A stretch of DNA of 63,025 bases, counting the filler, from Trichomonas gallinae (taxonomy: Eukaryota), in assembly GCA_008369845.1 (NCBI GenBank). It is 4 parts of 4 records of this genome, joined end to end, with 100 filler letters (N's around TTAATTAATTAA, not from the genome) between each part and the next. Parts side by side here need not be neighbours in the genome. Positions count along the whole stretch, not along the records: positions 53,148 to 58,840 come from MRSU01000223.1; positions 58,941 to 63,025 come from MRSU01000229.1; 2 more parts are not named here. One strand, 5' to 3'. Shown here piece after piece: positions 53,352-63,025 of the stretch. Every line of letters begins with the position of its first letter. Positions within the stretch are counted from its first letter, which is position 1. A program made the translations under genes and the position numbers. The notes beneath the pieces were generated by a model. It made no database searches. It saw only the letters and a list, made by a program, of their open reading frames with translations, and was not told the DNA's origin.

Positions 53352-54191
53352 TTATTTTCTAGACTTTGGATTATCAATCTTAGCTTCTAATTCCAAAATC
53401 TGTGATACTAGGGCTTCATTCCTTTGTTCTAAGACTGATTGAATCTTACTGAAATTCTCAGTGACAATTTGTTCGATTGTAACTGCAAGCTCAGCTTGTC
53501 TTTGTTTTTCTTCTGCTTCTTTCTTTTCTTTCATTGCTTGCTCCAATAGTCTTTGCTGTTGTTCAAATTCTGATTGTTTTTGTGCGGCAGCTGCTGCTTC
53601 AGCATCTGACATATCCTTTGCCTCAACAATGACTGTTCTGTAGAGGTTAATACCTTCAACGGACTCTTTTGTCAAAACAAATTGAAGAATATGAGAATTT
53701 GCACGAACATTCTTATTTAAGTAAGTTAAAACAGCTTGTTCTTCATTAGGGGTGAAATCAAGTGATTTGAGTTGACCGGTTGCTTTTTCTATCCATACGG
53801 AGAAAGCTTCTTTCGCAGAACTATATGCAGGGATCGAAGATATGTAATCAGTGAGGATTGCGATTATACTGATTGCCTTCGTTGTATCCTGGAATTGTTT
53901 AGCGAATTGGAAAGAACTTTGGTTAAATTCAACAAAAACATGATATGGCGATTTCGTTTTATCGTCTTTATATTCCAAAGGAATGCCGAACATGGCATAA
54001 AGATCATCAGCAATATTCTCTGCTGGCACTGTCTTCAAGTATGAAAAGTTTTCGGCTGTCCATCCGACTTTAGGAGTCAAAACGAGCTTAACTGACTCTA
54101 CGTGCTCATCCTGCTTGCTCTTGCTAGACTTTACCTCCTTTGCAGGCTTCTCGGGATTCGAGCGTTTCGATGCTTTTCGCGGAGGAGACAT
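53352..54191 (-). CDS. CFAP119/CABCOCO1-like (flagellar C1a-32 family) coiled-coil protein
   Basis: FNQSSFQFAKQF…AISIIAIL and FTPNEEQAVLTYLNKNVRANSHILQFVLT resemble this family; C-terminal coiled coil. Confidence 0.6.
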   Translation of the reverse strand: MSPPRKASKRSNPEKPAKEVKSSKSKQDEHVESVKLVLTPKVGWTAENFSYLKTVPAENIADDLYAMFGIPLEYKDDKTKSPYHVFVEFNQSSFQFAKQFQDTTKAISIIAILTDYISSIPAYSSAKEAFSVWIEKATGQLKSLDFTPNEEQAVLTYLNKNVRANSHILQFVLTKESVEGINLYRTVIVEAKDMSDAEAAAAAQKQSEFEQQQRLLEQAMKEKKEAEEKQRQAELAVTIEQIVTENFSKIQSVLEQRNEALVSQILELEAKIDNPKSRK

Positions 54192-54740
54192 ATTAATTAA
54201 CGTATGTTTTTAACAAAATACATTTTTCGCTTTTAATAATGATTACTATCATATTTATCAAAAATATTTCACTTTTTACTCTGTAATATATACTAAATCT
54301 CGTATTTTTCATTTTTTTCAAATGAAATATCATTTAATTTGGATATTAACATAGGAATATATCTATATTTCGAACGATTTTATTAATTATAGACTCAATA
54401 TTGAGCTATCTTGACATTTCATCCAAAAAATAAAAATTAAAACATATAAGTTTCAAGATATAGAAATTTACTGCTTTTATCAAATTAATTTCACTTTTTA
54501 CTCAGTAACATTCCATAAATCTCTCTTTATTAAAGTGAATAATTATTACAATATGTTCATGGTGGATTGCGTACTTGATTTGTGGTTGCTTTATCAAACT
54601 TAGAGATAGTATTACATATTTTATTGATATTAACGATTATTGCATATTTTAAAATAATTTTTGCTATATATTTGAACAATTATGTATTTAATCAATAGTG
54701 TGTGTAAAACAGCTAACATAAGTAATAAATAGCTGTGAAA

Positions 54741-55223
54741 TTATTTAGTTGGGAAAAATATTTCACAAAACTCGTCGTATGTTAATTCTCCATCTCCATC
54801 TTCATCGAATTCTTCGATTAAGTGCATGACTTGCTTTTCTGTTTTCTCAATACCGCAAAGATGGAAAGCAGCTACAATATCTTTAACGCCAATTTTAGAA
54901 TTTTTGTCAAAATCGAACTGTTCGAATGCTTTTTCGATGACTTCTTCGCGTGTTTGTTGATTGTATTGCTTTAATGCAATTTTTTCAAATATATCTCTTG
55001 TCATTCCTTTATCATTACATTCATAGTGCTCGAAGTACTTATCTGTCTTTGTTTTTGTCATTTCGAAGCCAAGTGAGCGAAAAGCGAATCTGAATTCATG
55101 TTTATCAAGTGTGCGACTTCCATTTGTATCGAATGTATTAAATGCTCTCTTTATTTCATCCAAATGGTTGTTGTTCTCATCTATCTGTCTTTGATCTGGT
55201 TGCTTAATTCCTCCTTTGCGCAT
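54741..55223 (-). CDS. centrin-like EF-hand protein
   Basis: EIKRAFNTFDTNGSRTLDKHEF…SLGFE; AFEQFDFDKNSKIG; FDEDGDGELTYDEF. Confidence 0.9.
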   Translation of the reverse strand: MRKGGIKQPDQRQIDENNNHLDEIKRAFNTFDTNGSRTLDKHEFRFAFRSLGFEMTKTKTDKYFEHYECNDKGMTRDIFEKIALKQYNQQTREEVIEKAFEQFDFDKNSKIGVKDIVAAFHLCGIEKTEKQVMHLIEEFDEDGDGELTYDEFCEIFFPTK

Positions 55224-56603
55224 TTTGTGTGCAAACTGAAACCGATATTGTAAAGATTTTTTTTGACAAACGTCAGATTTTGTCAGATTTATTATTATTT
55301 TTTTTATTGTGCTCTACAACAAAGTTGGGCACAATTTTTTTTTATAGATCCACAAATAATACCAAACTTTAGTTTGATGATATAGCGAAGCTTTTGAAAG
55401 TACTCTTTAGGTCATTTTCCCCAATAATTTTTTAACTTTTTATATTTTTTCTTTTTCTAACTAGTATAGATAAGATAACTCACAGTAGCATCAAATGCAG
55501 TTTATTGTCTTTATAGGATCGTTCTATAACTTTAATAATAATGCGAGATAACAAATCTTGACAAAACGTACGGAAATAATAATCAATATAATCTTTATGG
55601 ATACATGAATATGACATGAGCTAGAATTTTGACAGACAATACAACAAATAATTCATTTTCATAATGATATTTAGATAGATGTATGAGGCCATTATATATC
55701 TATGACAGATTTAAATGTGACATTGACGTAATACAAAGACACAAAATACTCAACTACCAATTTTCATCAAATATCTCACCGAATAATCAGTGCAATTGAT
55801 CGATCTATCGAATTCAATTGGATCATTACAAAAATGTACTATTTGGTCTAGTAACCAAAGTGATATCCAAGCATAACTTGCCTAATATTTTGAATGACAA
55901 AAAAATATTGAAGATAATAGCTTTATAACATAATATATGTTTTTATAACATTTTACTAGTACTATTTTTAAAAATGAAATAGCATGAATAATCTGAAATT
56001 TGAAATTGATGAATTGATTTTAGTAAATTCATCTATTTGCTTTTTCAGTAATTTCAACCGTTTCAGACGTTGAAATTTATAATTGTTTGCAAATTTGAAT
56101 AATATAACATGTCAAAAAAATTTATTCTTGAACATTCAATTTTGAATTGAAACGGTTATAATTATAACACGAATAAAAGATGCTTAAAATGATTCAAAAT
56201 TGAAGGTGCAAGAATAAAAATATACCTTCACTTTTTGAGTGATGCTTATATTTTTGCTGTAATTGTTTCCAGATTTAACTTTGAGAATCTTATGAAACTC
56301 TTTGAAAGGCATCTCCCACAAAAATATTGGGGTCGGTTCATATCAATTCACCGTTAAAAATTTGATTTTGCGAAATGTTTAAAAAATGATACAAACATTG
56401 TTATGATTTAGATTTTTTTTTTGTCACAAAAATATTTCAGATGATAACTGGTTTTGACAGTGCAGTATTCAAAAATCAATCATGTTATTATATCAAACTA
56501 CAATGAACAGTTTTAATTAATTGCAAATGAAAATCATGATCTTTATTTTTCTGAATTTTATTCAAAATTTTCTGTATTTCAAGATGATGGCAAACGGTTT
56601 CAC

Positions 56604-58244
56604 ATGTTCACCTCATTTCTCATGATTGCTCTCTTAAGCATCCTTGCTAGAGGGTCTTCGCTGATGTTTAGTGAGCCCAAGAATCCGAATGCGTGCTTCG
56701 ATCTTACTTTTGTTGACAGCAATGGTAATGAAAAAGATACAACAATGAATGATGAAGGATATTTAGTTGGATTCAGAGTACATGAAGATGAGAAGCCAGG
56801 TGAAACAAAATTCCTTAAATATTCTGATGATTGGTATACAAATGTTGATGATCTCGATGTTTCATTTAATGCAGAGCCAAAATATGATGCTTATATTGTT
56901 ATCGAGTGCCTTATTTCAAATACCGGATATTGGCCAAAAACAATTGATATCGGAGTATTCGCAGATTCAGGATTCGCAGGAAATGATAATTCTACAGTTC
57001 AATTACATCCAAATGGTAGAGGATTAAAAATTAGTTCTCCAGATTCTCCAATTTTTTATTCAATTCTTACTGATAATGAAGGAACATATCCACAAGTTGA
57101 TACTACCTTCATTGGTGACTTGGATAACGATAAAACATCGGATCCACAGAAACTTCCTTTCTTCACAAACCATGTTGTTGAAAAGACAACAGGAGATTCT
57201 GTTTTCGCTTTTTCGTGGATGAACAGAGAAATTAAACCAGGAGAAACATTAATCATCGGCTTTTCAGTGCATCACAACACTGATTCTCACACTCCACCAA
57301 GAATTGTCGACAACACAATCAAAAAGGAGTTCTATGATAAAAACGAAATCACAGAAGTCAATTTCACAGTTTATGATGATGATCCAAATGAGAAAATCAC
57401 TATTCAATTCGAATATCCAAATGGAACAAGCGTTGTTGAAAAATTCACCACAACAGAAACTCAAAAATCCAAATTCTTCTCCAGAAAAGTAAATGTTGGA
57501 AGAGGTTCTATTTTCACTTATAACATTAATGCTTATGACTCACTAGGTTATAATTCTAATAACCTTTATTCAAGATTTGTTATTGCAAAGCCACCTAAAG
57601 TAAAGGAACTTCCTAAGATAAAGGACAGATATATCATGGGAGAAAAGATTCATGTCATTATGAAGGCTGAAGAAGAAGATTACCGCGAATTCAGATACTT
57701 ATATCAATTCAACAACGGTCAAATTGAATCATCATATTATCCAGAATTCGATATTACCATCCCAGAACCGATTAAGACAGGCAAAAGATACACACTTAAC
57801 CTTTGGGTGTCAGATGACTACGGTGTCAATTCTATCAAATATCCATTCAGATTTGCTTACGCAAAAACAGAAGATGAGGTGATCCCAGAAGATCCAAAAC
57901 CAACAGCAGCACCAACACCAAAACCTGTTGTTAAAGAAGAAAACAAGCCTGCTAAAAAAGAAGATAAGCCTAATGAAAATGATAAATCCAAAGAAAACGA
58001 AAAAGAAGGTAAATCTCGAATGACTGAAAAGAACACTACGAATGATCCTAGCTTAAAAGAAGGAGCAAACTCGTCCAAAGATGATACAAAATTGATTTTA
58101 TCTATTGTCCTTCCAACTGTGTGTGCAATATTTATTGTAGGTGCGGGAATTGTTTATCTGATACACAAGAAGATGAATAAGGGCCAAGATGATAAGGCGA
58201 AGCCAATTAATGAAGAGCAAACAGATAATAATATAGAAATATAA
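56604..58244 (+). CDS. type I surface protein with Ig/cadherin-like modules and Pro/Lys/Glu stalk
   Basis: Signal peptide, VYDDDPNE / AYDSLG / VSDDYG beta-sandwich motifs, low-complexity stalk, TM IVLPTVCAIFIVGAGIVYLI. Confidence 0.85.
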   Translation: MFTSFLMIALLSILARGSSLMFSEPKNPNACFDLTFVDSNGNEKDTTMNDEGYLVGFRVHEDEKPGETKFLKYSDDWYTNVDDLDVSFNAEPKYDAYIVIECLISNTGYWPKTIDIGVFADSGFAGNDNSTVQLHPNGRGLKISSPDSPIFYSILTDNEGTYPQVDTTFIGDLDNDKTSDPQKLPFFTNHVVEKTTGDSVFAFSWMNREIKPGETLIIGFSVHHNTDSHTPPRIVDNTIKKEFYDKNEITEVNFTVYDDDPNEKITIQFEYPNGTSVVEKFTTTETQKSKFFSRKVNVGRGSIFTYNINAYDSLGYNSNNLYSRFVIAKPPKVKELPKIKDRYIMGEKIHVIMKAEEEDYREFRYLYQFNNGQIESSYYPEFDITIPEPIKTGKRYTLNLWVSDDYGVNSIKYPFRFAYAKTEDEVIPEDPKPTAAPTPKPVVKEENKPAKKEDKPNENDKSKENEKEGKSRMTEKNTTNDPSLKEGANSSKDDTKLILSIVLPTVCAIFIVGAGIVYLIHKKMNKGQDDKAKPINEEQTDNNIEI

Positions 58245-58524
58245 TAATTTCATAGCAATTAAATTTCTTTATTATAAATTTTGTCTATATAGATTTTTAA
58301 TATCTTTGAAACGATATATACTCACAATGATGCTCAATGATATTTATCAATTTGAAAATAACCTTCAACTCAATAATTTAAATAATGTGTTGATACACAA
58401 AAAATATAGTGTCAGATTGGCAGATTTATTAAAAGTGACACCAAGAATGGCTCATTGTAAAGTGAGAAAATGTCAAAAATTTTTAATGGGGGTATAATCC
58501 ATTGAATCTTAAAATCGGCATTCA

Positions 58525-58636
58525 TGATGACTGCATATACCAATATGCCATCTTTTGTAGCGCAACTAAATAGAGTGGCACAGTAGCATCTGCAGTTCTC
58601 ACGAAAGGCGTCAATGAGAAAATTGCTCAATCATCA
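58525..58636 (-). ncRNA. candidate structured RNA, family unknown
   Basis: GC-richer island with nested stems TGATGA/TCATCA, TTCTCA/TGAGAA, CTGCA/TGCAG, TGCCA/TGGCA; extra G-U pairs form only on the minus strand. Confidence 0.3.
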
Positions 58637-58730
58637 AAATGTATTTGACATTTGCCAAAATTACTTGTCAATTACCAAAATTTATTTGACATTTATCAAA
58701 AATTATCTGACATCGACGATCATTACCCGA

Positions 58731-58758
58731 AAAGTGACGAATCCTTGGCCCCTCCTTT
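58731..58758 (+). promoter_or_regulatory. M2 (AAAGTGAC) and M5 (CCTTT) motifs of the RPS26 promoter
   Basis: AAAGTGAC 58731-38; CCTTT 58754-58, 4 nt before ATG. Confidence 0.6.
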
Positions 58759-58762
58759 TGTA

Positions 58763-58840
58763 ATGCCAGTCAAGAGGAGGAATCATGGCCGTTCCAAGAT
58801 GAACCGTGGCCACACAAGAACAGTCAACTGCATGAACTGC
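58763..58840 (+). CDS. RPS26: 40S ribosomal protein S26, truncated by gap
   Basis: MPVKRRNHGRSKMNRGHTRTVNCMNC. Confidence 0.95.
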
Positions 58841-58940
58841 NNNNNNNNNNNNNNNNNNNNNNNNNNNNNNNNNNNNNNNNNNNNTTAATTAATTAANNNN
58901 NNNNNNNNNNNNNNNNNNNNNNNNNNNNNNNNNNNNNNNN
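58841..58940. other. artificial contig linker
   Basis: N44-TTAATTAATTAA-N44. Confidence 0.97.
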
Positions 58941-59276
58941 GGCCCCTATATTTGAGGGCTTTTTAATCGTTTTTTCTCTCAATTCCTCTCAATAGGGGCC
59001 ACCTCCGGTCAACCAGTTTAGTTTCCATTTATGTTGGTCGAATGAAAATAGTCTACATTCATTTCCAATCTGTTAAATAAGATTTGGTTTATTTATTGAC
59101 ATACGGCATATTAAATACTCTCATACATTCGAATTGGCTAGTTCAACTCTAATAACATGCATCCGCAATGATTAATTGTTGTTTTTCGAAAAGACCAAAA
59201 ATAATATCAATTTAATTTTTGACATGTAAACGACAAATGACAAAATAATATATTTACACGTCAAAATTAAAATGAA

Positions 59277-60239
59277 ATGAGTGAAAAAGTTTTAAAGCAA
59301 TTTAGGAATATAGAAAAGTATTATTCATTCGTAAAGGATATAGATCAGTCGCTGAAAGAAAGGGAACTGAAACTGAAGGCCTGCATTGATCATTATTCAG
59401 ATAATACCGAAATTATACAAAAAAATGAACATTTACAAGATGATTTAGATAATATTATAAAAGAATTGAGTAAAATAGATTTGGATCATTATAATGCTTA
59501 TCTACTTAAACAATTAACATATTCAATCGAGCGAAAAAACGAATATTCGAAGAAAGTTTATCAATCTTTAGTTGAATTAGAAGGATTTCAAGAATATGAA
59601 GATAAAACAGATGCTGAAATGTTTCCTATTGTTGAATTAGTACCAAATATTTCTCGCGAAGATTATAAAAAGCTTAAAAATGAATTAACTAAAGCTGATT
59701 CATTATGTGACACAATAAAATTAGAATTAGAGGACATTTTTAAAGTTAATTTAGAAAAAATACGCGCAAATCAATATATTGATCAATTGGATACAGTATT
59801 AAGAAAAATAGAAGATATAAATGACGAGATATCTAATACACAGAAGAAAATATCTGAAATCGAGTCACAAAATCAACCAATTAAACCACAGAAATTTGAA
59901 ATTATTCAAAATATAATAGATCGGTTAAATATAACTAAATCATTGCCAAATATTGCTGTAGGCGACAAAGTTCGTATTCAAACACTTCAATCGATGTTTG
60001 AATCGATGATCAATGAAGAAATGGATAAAACAAAGTTTGCTCTTCAAATTAACGCGATGAAATCGTTAATTTTATCACCAGAAGGAACAAAGTCAGGAAA
60101 TTCATCTCCAAAAATATCAAAACAAACTGCTGAGCCTCCTGTTGAAGAAAATAGCCATCAACAAAGTTTAACAGCATCACAATTCCTCCAAAAGGTTCAA
60201 AAGATCAAAGCATCTCTAGAAAAACATAATATCAATTAA
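59277..60239 (+). CDS. coiled-coil hypothetical protein
   Basis: 320-aa K/E/L-rich heptad ORF; upstream inverted motif pair at 59218 and 59252. Confidence 0.7.
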   Translation: MSEKVLKQFRNIEKYYSFVKDIDQSLKERELKLKACIDHYSDNTEIIQKNEHLQDDLDNIIKELSKIDLDHYNAYLLKQLTYSIERKNEYSKKVYQSLVELEGFQEYEDKTDAEMFPIVELVPNISREDYKKLKNELTKADSLCDTIKLELEDIFKVNLEKIRANQYIDQLDTVLRKIEDINDEISNTQKKISEIESQNQPIKPQKFEIIQNIIDRLNITKSLPNIAVGDKVRIQTLQSMFESMINEEMDKTKFALQINAMKSLILSPEGTKSGNSSPKISKQTAEPPVEENSHQQSLTASQFLQKVQKIKASLEKHNIN

Positions 60240-60594
60240 TTTTATATTTTCATTTTGTTTTTGTTTATTAAACTACTACTATTGTAAGTCCATGGTGAAG
60301 CAACGAGTCATAGAAACTATATATTCTCAGACATTTCAAATTTTCGAATTTCGCTCTTCAATGAATTTTTATAATATTGTTCTTTACTACTGAGTTGATT
60401 TGCGATCGTTATATGTCATGATAATACACAAGATATGAAAATATATATTCTATATACATATTAGTATAATTTCATATAAGTTTTAAATATACAAGTCATT
60501 GTTATCCTGAGTTATGACATCAACAAAAAAAAAAGGCAATGAAAAACTTAACCATATTTATTACATCATCATACTGCTCTTGTGCTTAGATATC

Positions 60595-60619
60595 ATATAT
60601 ATATATATATATATATATA
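60595..60619. repeat. (AT)12 microsatellite
   Basis: Uninterrupted AT run. Confidence 0.9.
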
Positions 60620-60893
60620 CAAGAGGATGAATATAGTATTATATATTAGTTTGAGTAGAATTTATAGGCAGCATCAAAGTTTCATTACCTTATAATAAAG
60701 GAAGTGGCATCATTTCCTTAATTAAACTTAAACTTTACATATGGATCAATTAGCTTCGTTTTATATATCTTCTATTTTATAAATGATGCAGATAGACGTT
60801 GAAGGAATCTATATAGAAAAATTTTGTCAATTTGTCATGTAAATAATTATTTTTGCCTTTGACATAATTTACATGGCAAAATACATTTTCGTG

Positions 60894-62420
60894 ATGAATG
60901 ATCGAGATCTTCTTAAAGCATTTCAAATTTACAAGAAACAACCTAAACGTTCTGCACTTGTAGTTCTCAAAGAATACCTTGCGCACGTTGCTGACCCTGT
61001 ATCTGAACTTGAGAAAATTATAAACGAAATCTTAAATCTTCTTGGAGATGAAACAGCCGTTGATAATGCTGTCGTTGAGAAAGTTCTTGCAAATATTCAA
61101 AAGCAAAGCTCGATTTCGCATCAAGTTTTCGAATTTCAATCCGCATTTCAGGCTCCTGAATTTATTTTCGATACAAACAGCCAAAATCTTATTCTTTCCG
61201 AGAAAAGCAAGTCATATCTTGGCAAAGGAGCAAGCAAAATTCAAATGCACATTGATCGATTCCGAATCTTGAAGTATTCCATCCTAAATTCAAAGGCGTT
61301 TGCCAAATCTTCCCTCAAGTTCTGGTCAATGGACGATGGTGGACTCTCCATTGTTGATATTGCAACAATTTGCAGCAGGCCACACGACAGCACCGTCTTC
61401 TTTATAGGCATACTGGATTACTCAAACGGTGAATACACAGTTGAAGATGAGTCAGGAGTCATAAAACTCATTATTACTCCGGAATCTCAATTTTATAGCG
61501 CAATTATGCCAGTTGGATGCATAGTTGTTGTGCAGGGAAAGGCTGTTGGTGATTCTGTTATTGCCCAAGTCCTCGGACACCCATTAACTCTATCACGAGA
61601 AGATTTTATGGCAAAATTCTGGAGTATTCCAACAGATCCGTTTGGATGGGGCCTAAATCACGAATCAATGACCAATTTAGAAGGAATTCTCAAGACAGAG
61701 CACGAAAATTCCTTAATTTTGATGTTCTCAGATGTATGGATGGACAATCCAACGTGTGTCGCCGAGTTTAGCAATGTTCTCCATACACATGACAGCTCTC
61801 CACCAAATATGATCATTATTTGCGGCAATTTCACGCAAAATCCTGTTCCATTTACAGGAATTCGCCAGTTCGAAAGAGATTTCCGCAAATTCGTTAAAAT
61901 GATTACAGAAGAGCACACAGCCATCCACCAGAACACCAAATTCGTCTTCATTCCTTCAATCAACGACCCAGGAGCTCCAAAAGTTTTCCCGAGGATTCCG
62001 CTCATTCCTTCTATACAAGCCTTGTTCCCAGAAGCGATTTTCATGTCAAACCCGTGCAGGATAAGATTCCTCAGCCGCACAATCACAGTGTTCAGGGACG
62101 ACTTAATGAGCAGACTCGCACGTGCTTCTCCAAGGTCTGTTCCTGAAGAGAAAGAGCACGAAAATCTGTTATTGGCTGTTATAAACCAAGCCCACCTTTT
62201 GCCAACTGATCTCAACCACGGACCAGTCAGCTGGGAGTACGACCATGCGATGAGACTATTCCCAGCCCCGGACTGCTTGGTTCTTGCTGATTCTGCAGCT
62301 CCTTGGTCTGCCGAAGAAGGTGATACTGTTGCGTTGAATCCGGGACAGTTTGGAAACGGAGGAATATTTGGCCTCTACATGCCAGCATCCAACCGCTGCT
62401 TGCTGCAGAAGCTTGCTTGA
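60894..62420 (+). CDS. POLE2: DNA polymerase epsilon subunit 2 (Dpb2)
   Basis: VEDESGVIKL OB-fold, MFSDVWMD, IICGNF, FVFIPSINDPG, FMSNPCRI, INQAHLLP, PVSWEYDHAMRLFPAPD, NPGQF; start taken at ATG 60894 because ATG 60873 lies inside a motif copy. Confidence 0.93.
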   Translation: MNDRDLLKAFQIYKKQPKRSALVVLKEYLAHVADPVSELEKIINEILNLLGDETAVDNAVVEKVLANIQKQSSISHQVFEFQSAFQAPEFIFDTNSQNLILSEKSKSYLGKGASKIQMHIDRFRILKYSILNSKAFAKSSLKFWSMDDGGLSIVDIATICSRPHDSTVFFIGILDYSNGEYTVEDESGVIKLIITPESQFYSAIMPVGCIVVVQGKAVGDSVIAQVLGHPLTLSREDFMAKFWSIPTDPFGWGLNHESMTNLEGILKTEHENSLILMFSDVWMDNPTCVAEFSNVLHTHDSSPPNMIIICGNFTQNPVPFTGIRQFERDFRKFVKMITEEHTAIHQNTKFVFIPSINDPGAPKVFPRIPLIPSIQALFPEAIFMSNPCRIRFLSRTITVFRDDLMSRLARASPRSVPEEKEHENLLLAVINQAHLLPTDLNHGPVSWEYDHAMRLFPAPDCLVLADSAAPWSAEEGDTVALNPGQFGNGGIFGLYMPASNRCLLQKLA

Positions 62421-62779
62421 AATTAATAGAGTTATATATATAATAAATAAATAAAACTAATGTTTGTACAAAATCATTTCTTTTTTTGTCGAAATAATTA
62501 TTACGTAAGAGTAAACTATGGAAAATGGGCTGATTAAGAGCCAAAAGAATTCAATTTAATATGTGTTACACCACAGAACAATCTACTCCTAGTAAATAAC
62601 ATTTTAAGAGTTTTGTAATAATACTGAAAGATAAAGAATTCTTTTCAACACCAGAACTGAGAGTCGAATGGTTTCAATAATTAATGATTTGTAGATTGAT
62701 ACGAAGATTCAAGATATGATTTAGATTTTGATTTAATGTGTTAAAAAAGTGTATTAGTTATGAGTAAAGAGCAATATTT

Positions 62780-63025
62780 TTAGAGAATAGCGCAGGAAGT
62801 GCCAATGACACCTTCGATCTTGTTGATCTCCTCCATGAAGCAAGCTGGTGCCGACATTCTGAGTGTGCAGATCTGAGACTTGTCGCCCTTGAGAACTGTG
62901 TTGGAGACAGAGAAGATCTGAGCCTGGTGAGCCTCGCAGCAAGCAACGATCTTAGCGAAGACGCCTGTGTGGCGGACTGTCATGACGCCGTCAGCCTTTG
63001 GAGCTGCGTTGATGTTGACACAGTT
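62780..63025 (-). CDS. C-terminus of D-3-phosphoglycerate dehydrogenase-like protein (ACT domain), partial
   Basis: Frame open from the window edge: NCVNINAAPKADGVMTVRHTGVFAKI…EINKIEGV; NCVN followed by an ACT-like domain; high-expression codon bias. Confidence 0.7.
   Translation of the reverse strand, partial: NCVNINAAPKADGVMTVRHTGVFAKIVACCEAHQAQIFSVSNTVLKGDKSQICTLRMSAPACFMEEINKIEGVIGTSCAIL

Noticed and set aside
55793..55820. Imperfect palindrome CAATTGATCGAT…ATCGAATTCAATTG
   Set aside because: Short and isolated; plausible by chance in AT-rich DNA.
58523..58610. Hammerhead ribozyme (TGATGA…GAAA)
   Set aside because: Core reads ATGATGA rather than CTGANGA, and GAAA does not directly follow stem II.
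58306..58762. ORFs 58306-58497 and 58412-58630, and the N-terminal extension of RPS26 from 58652
   Set aside because: TTG starts and no coding signal; RPS26 begins at ATG 58763.
2775..62946. Many short ORFs nested in or antisense to long genes (e.g. 31832-32206, 39106-39435, 44760-45113, 61658-62215)
   Set aside because: Shadow frames of real CDSs with no motifs, often non-ATG starts.

Overview
AT-rich, gene-dense, almost intron-free eukaryotic DNA that looks like a trichomonad (Trichomonas-like parabasalid). This assignment is inferred from a 25-nt short-type spliceosomal intron, M2/M3/M5-like core promoter motifs, TAA+A gene ends and typical expanded families. The window is four contigs joined by artificial 100-nt N/TTAATTAATTAA linkers. 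It holds about 35 protein genes, including an NDR kinase, class I-like PI3K, a TRRAP/Tra1-like pseudo-PIKK, elongin C, RPL39, RPS26 (partial), proteasome alpha5, cathepsin L, POLE2, a PGDH C-terminus, several HEAT/ARM solenoids, flagellar proteins and surface proteins, plus a truncated tRNA-Leu(AAG). The most notable unexplained structures are: (1) a pervasive upstream motif TTTGNCANGTAAA in arrays spaced about 19-21 bp apart; (2) a 301-bp Mutator-like MITE with a 10-bp TSD that carries three of those motifs; (3) a roughly 185-bp tandem array containing copies of the DnaJ C-terminal codons; (4) a 22-nt coding tandem repeat read in all three frames in the TRRAP-like gene; (5) an intron missed by the ORF track; (6) a candidate structured RNA upstream of RPS26. 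All family assignments come from motif recognition by eye; no database search was run.
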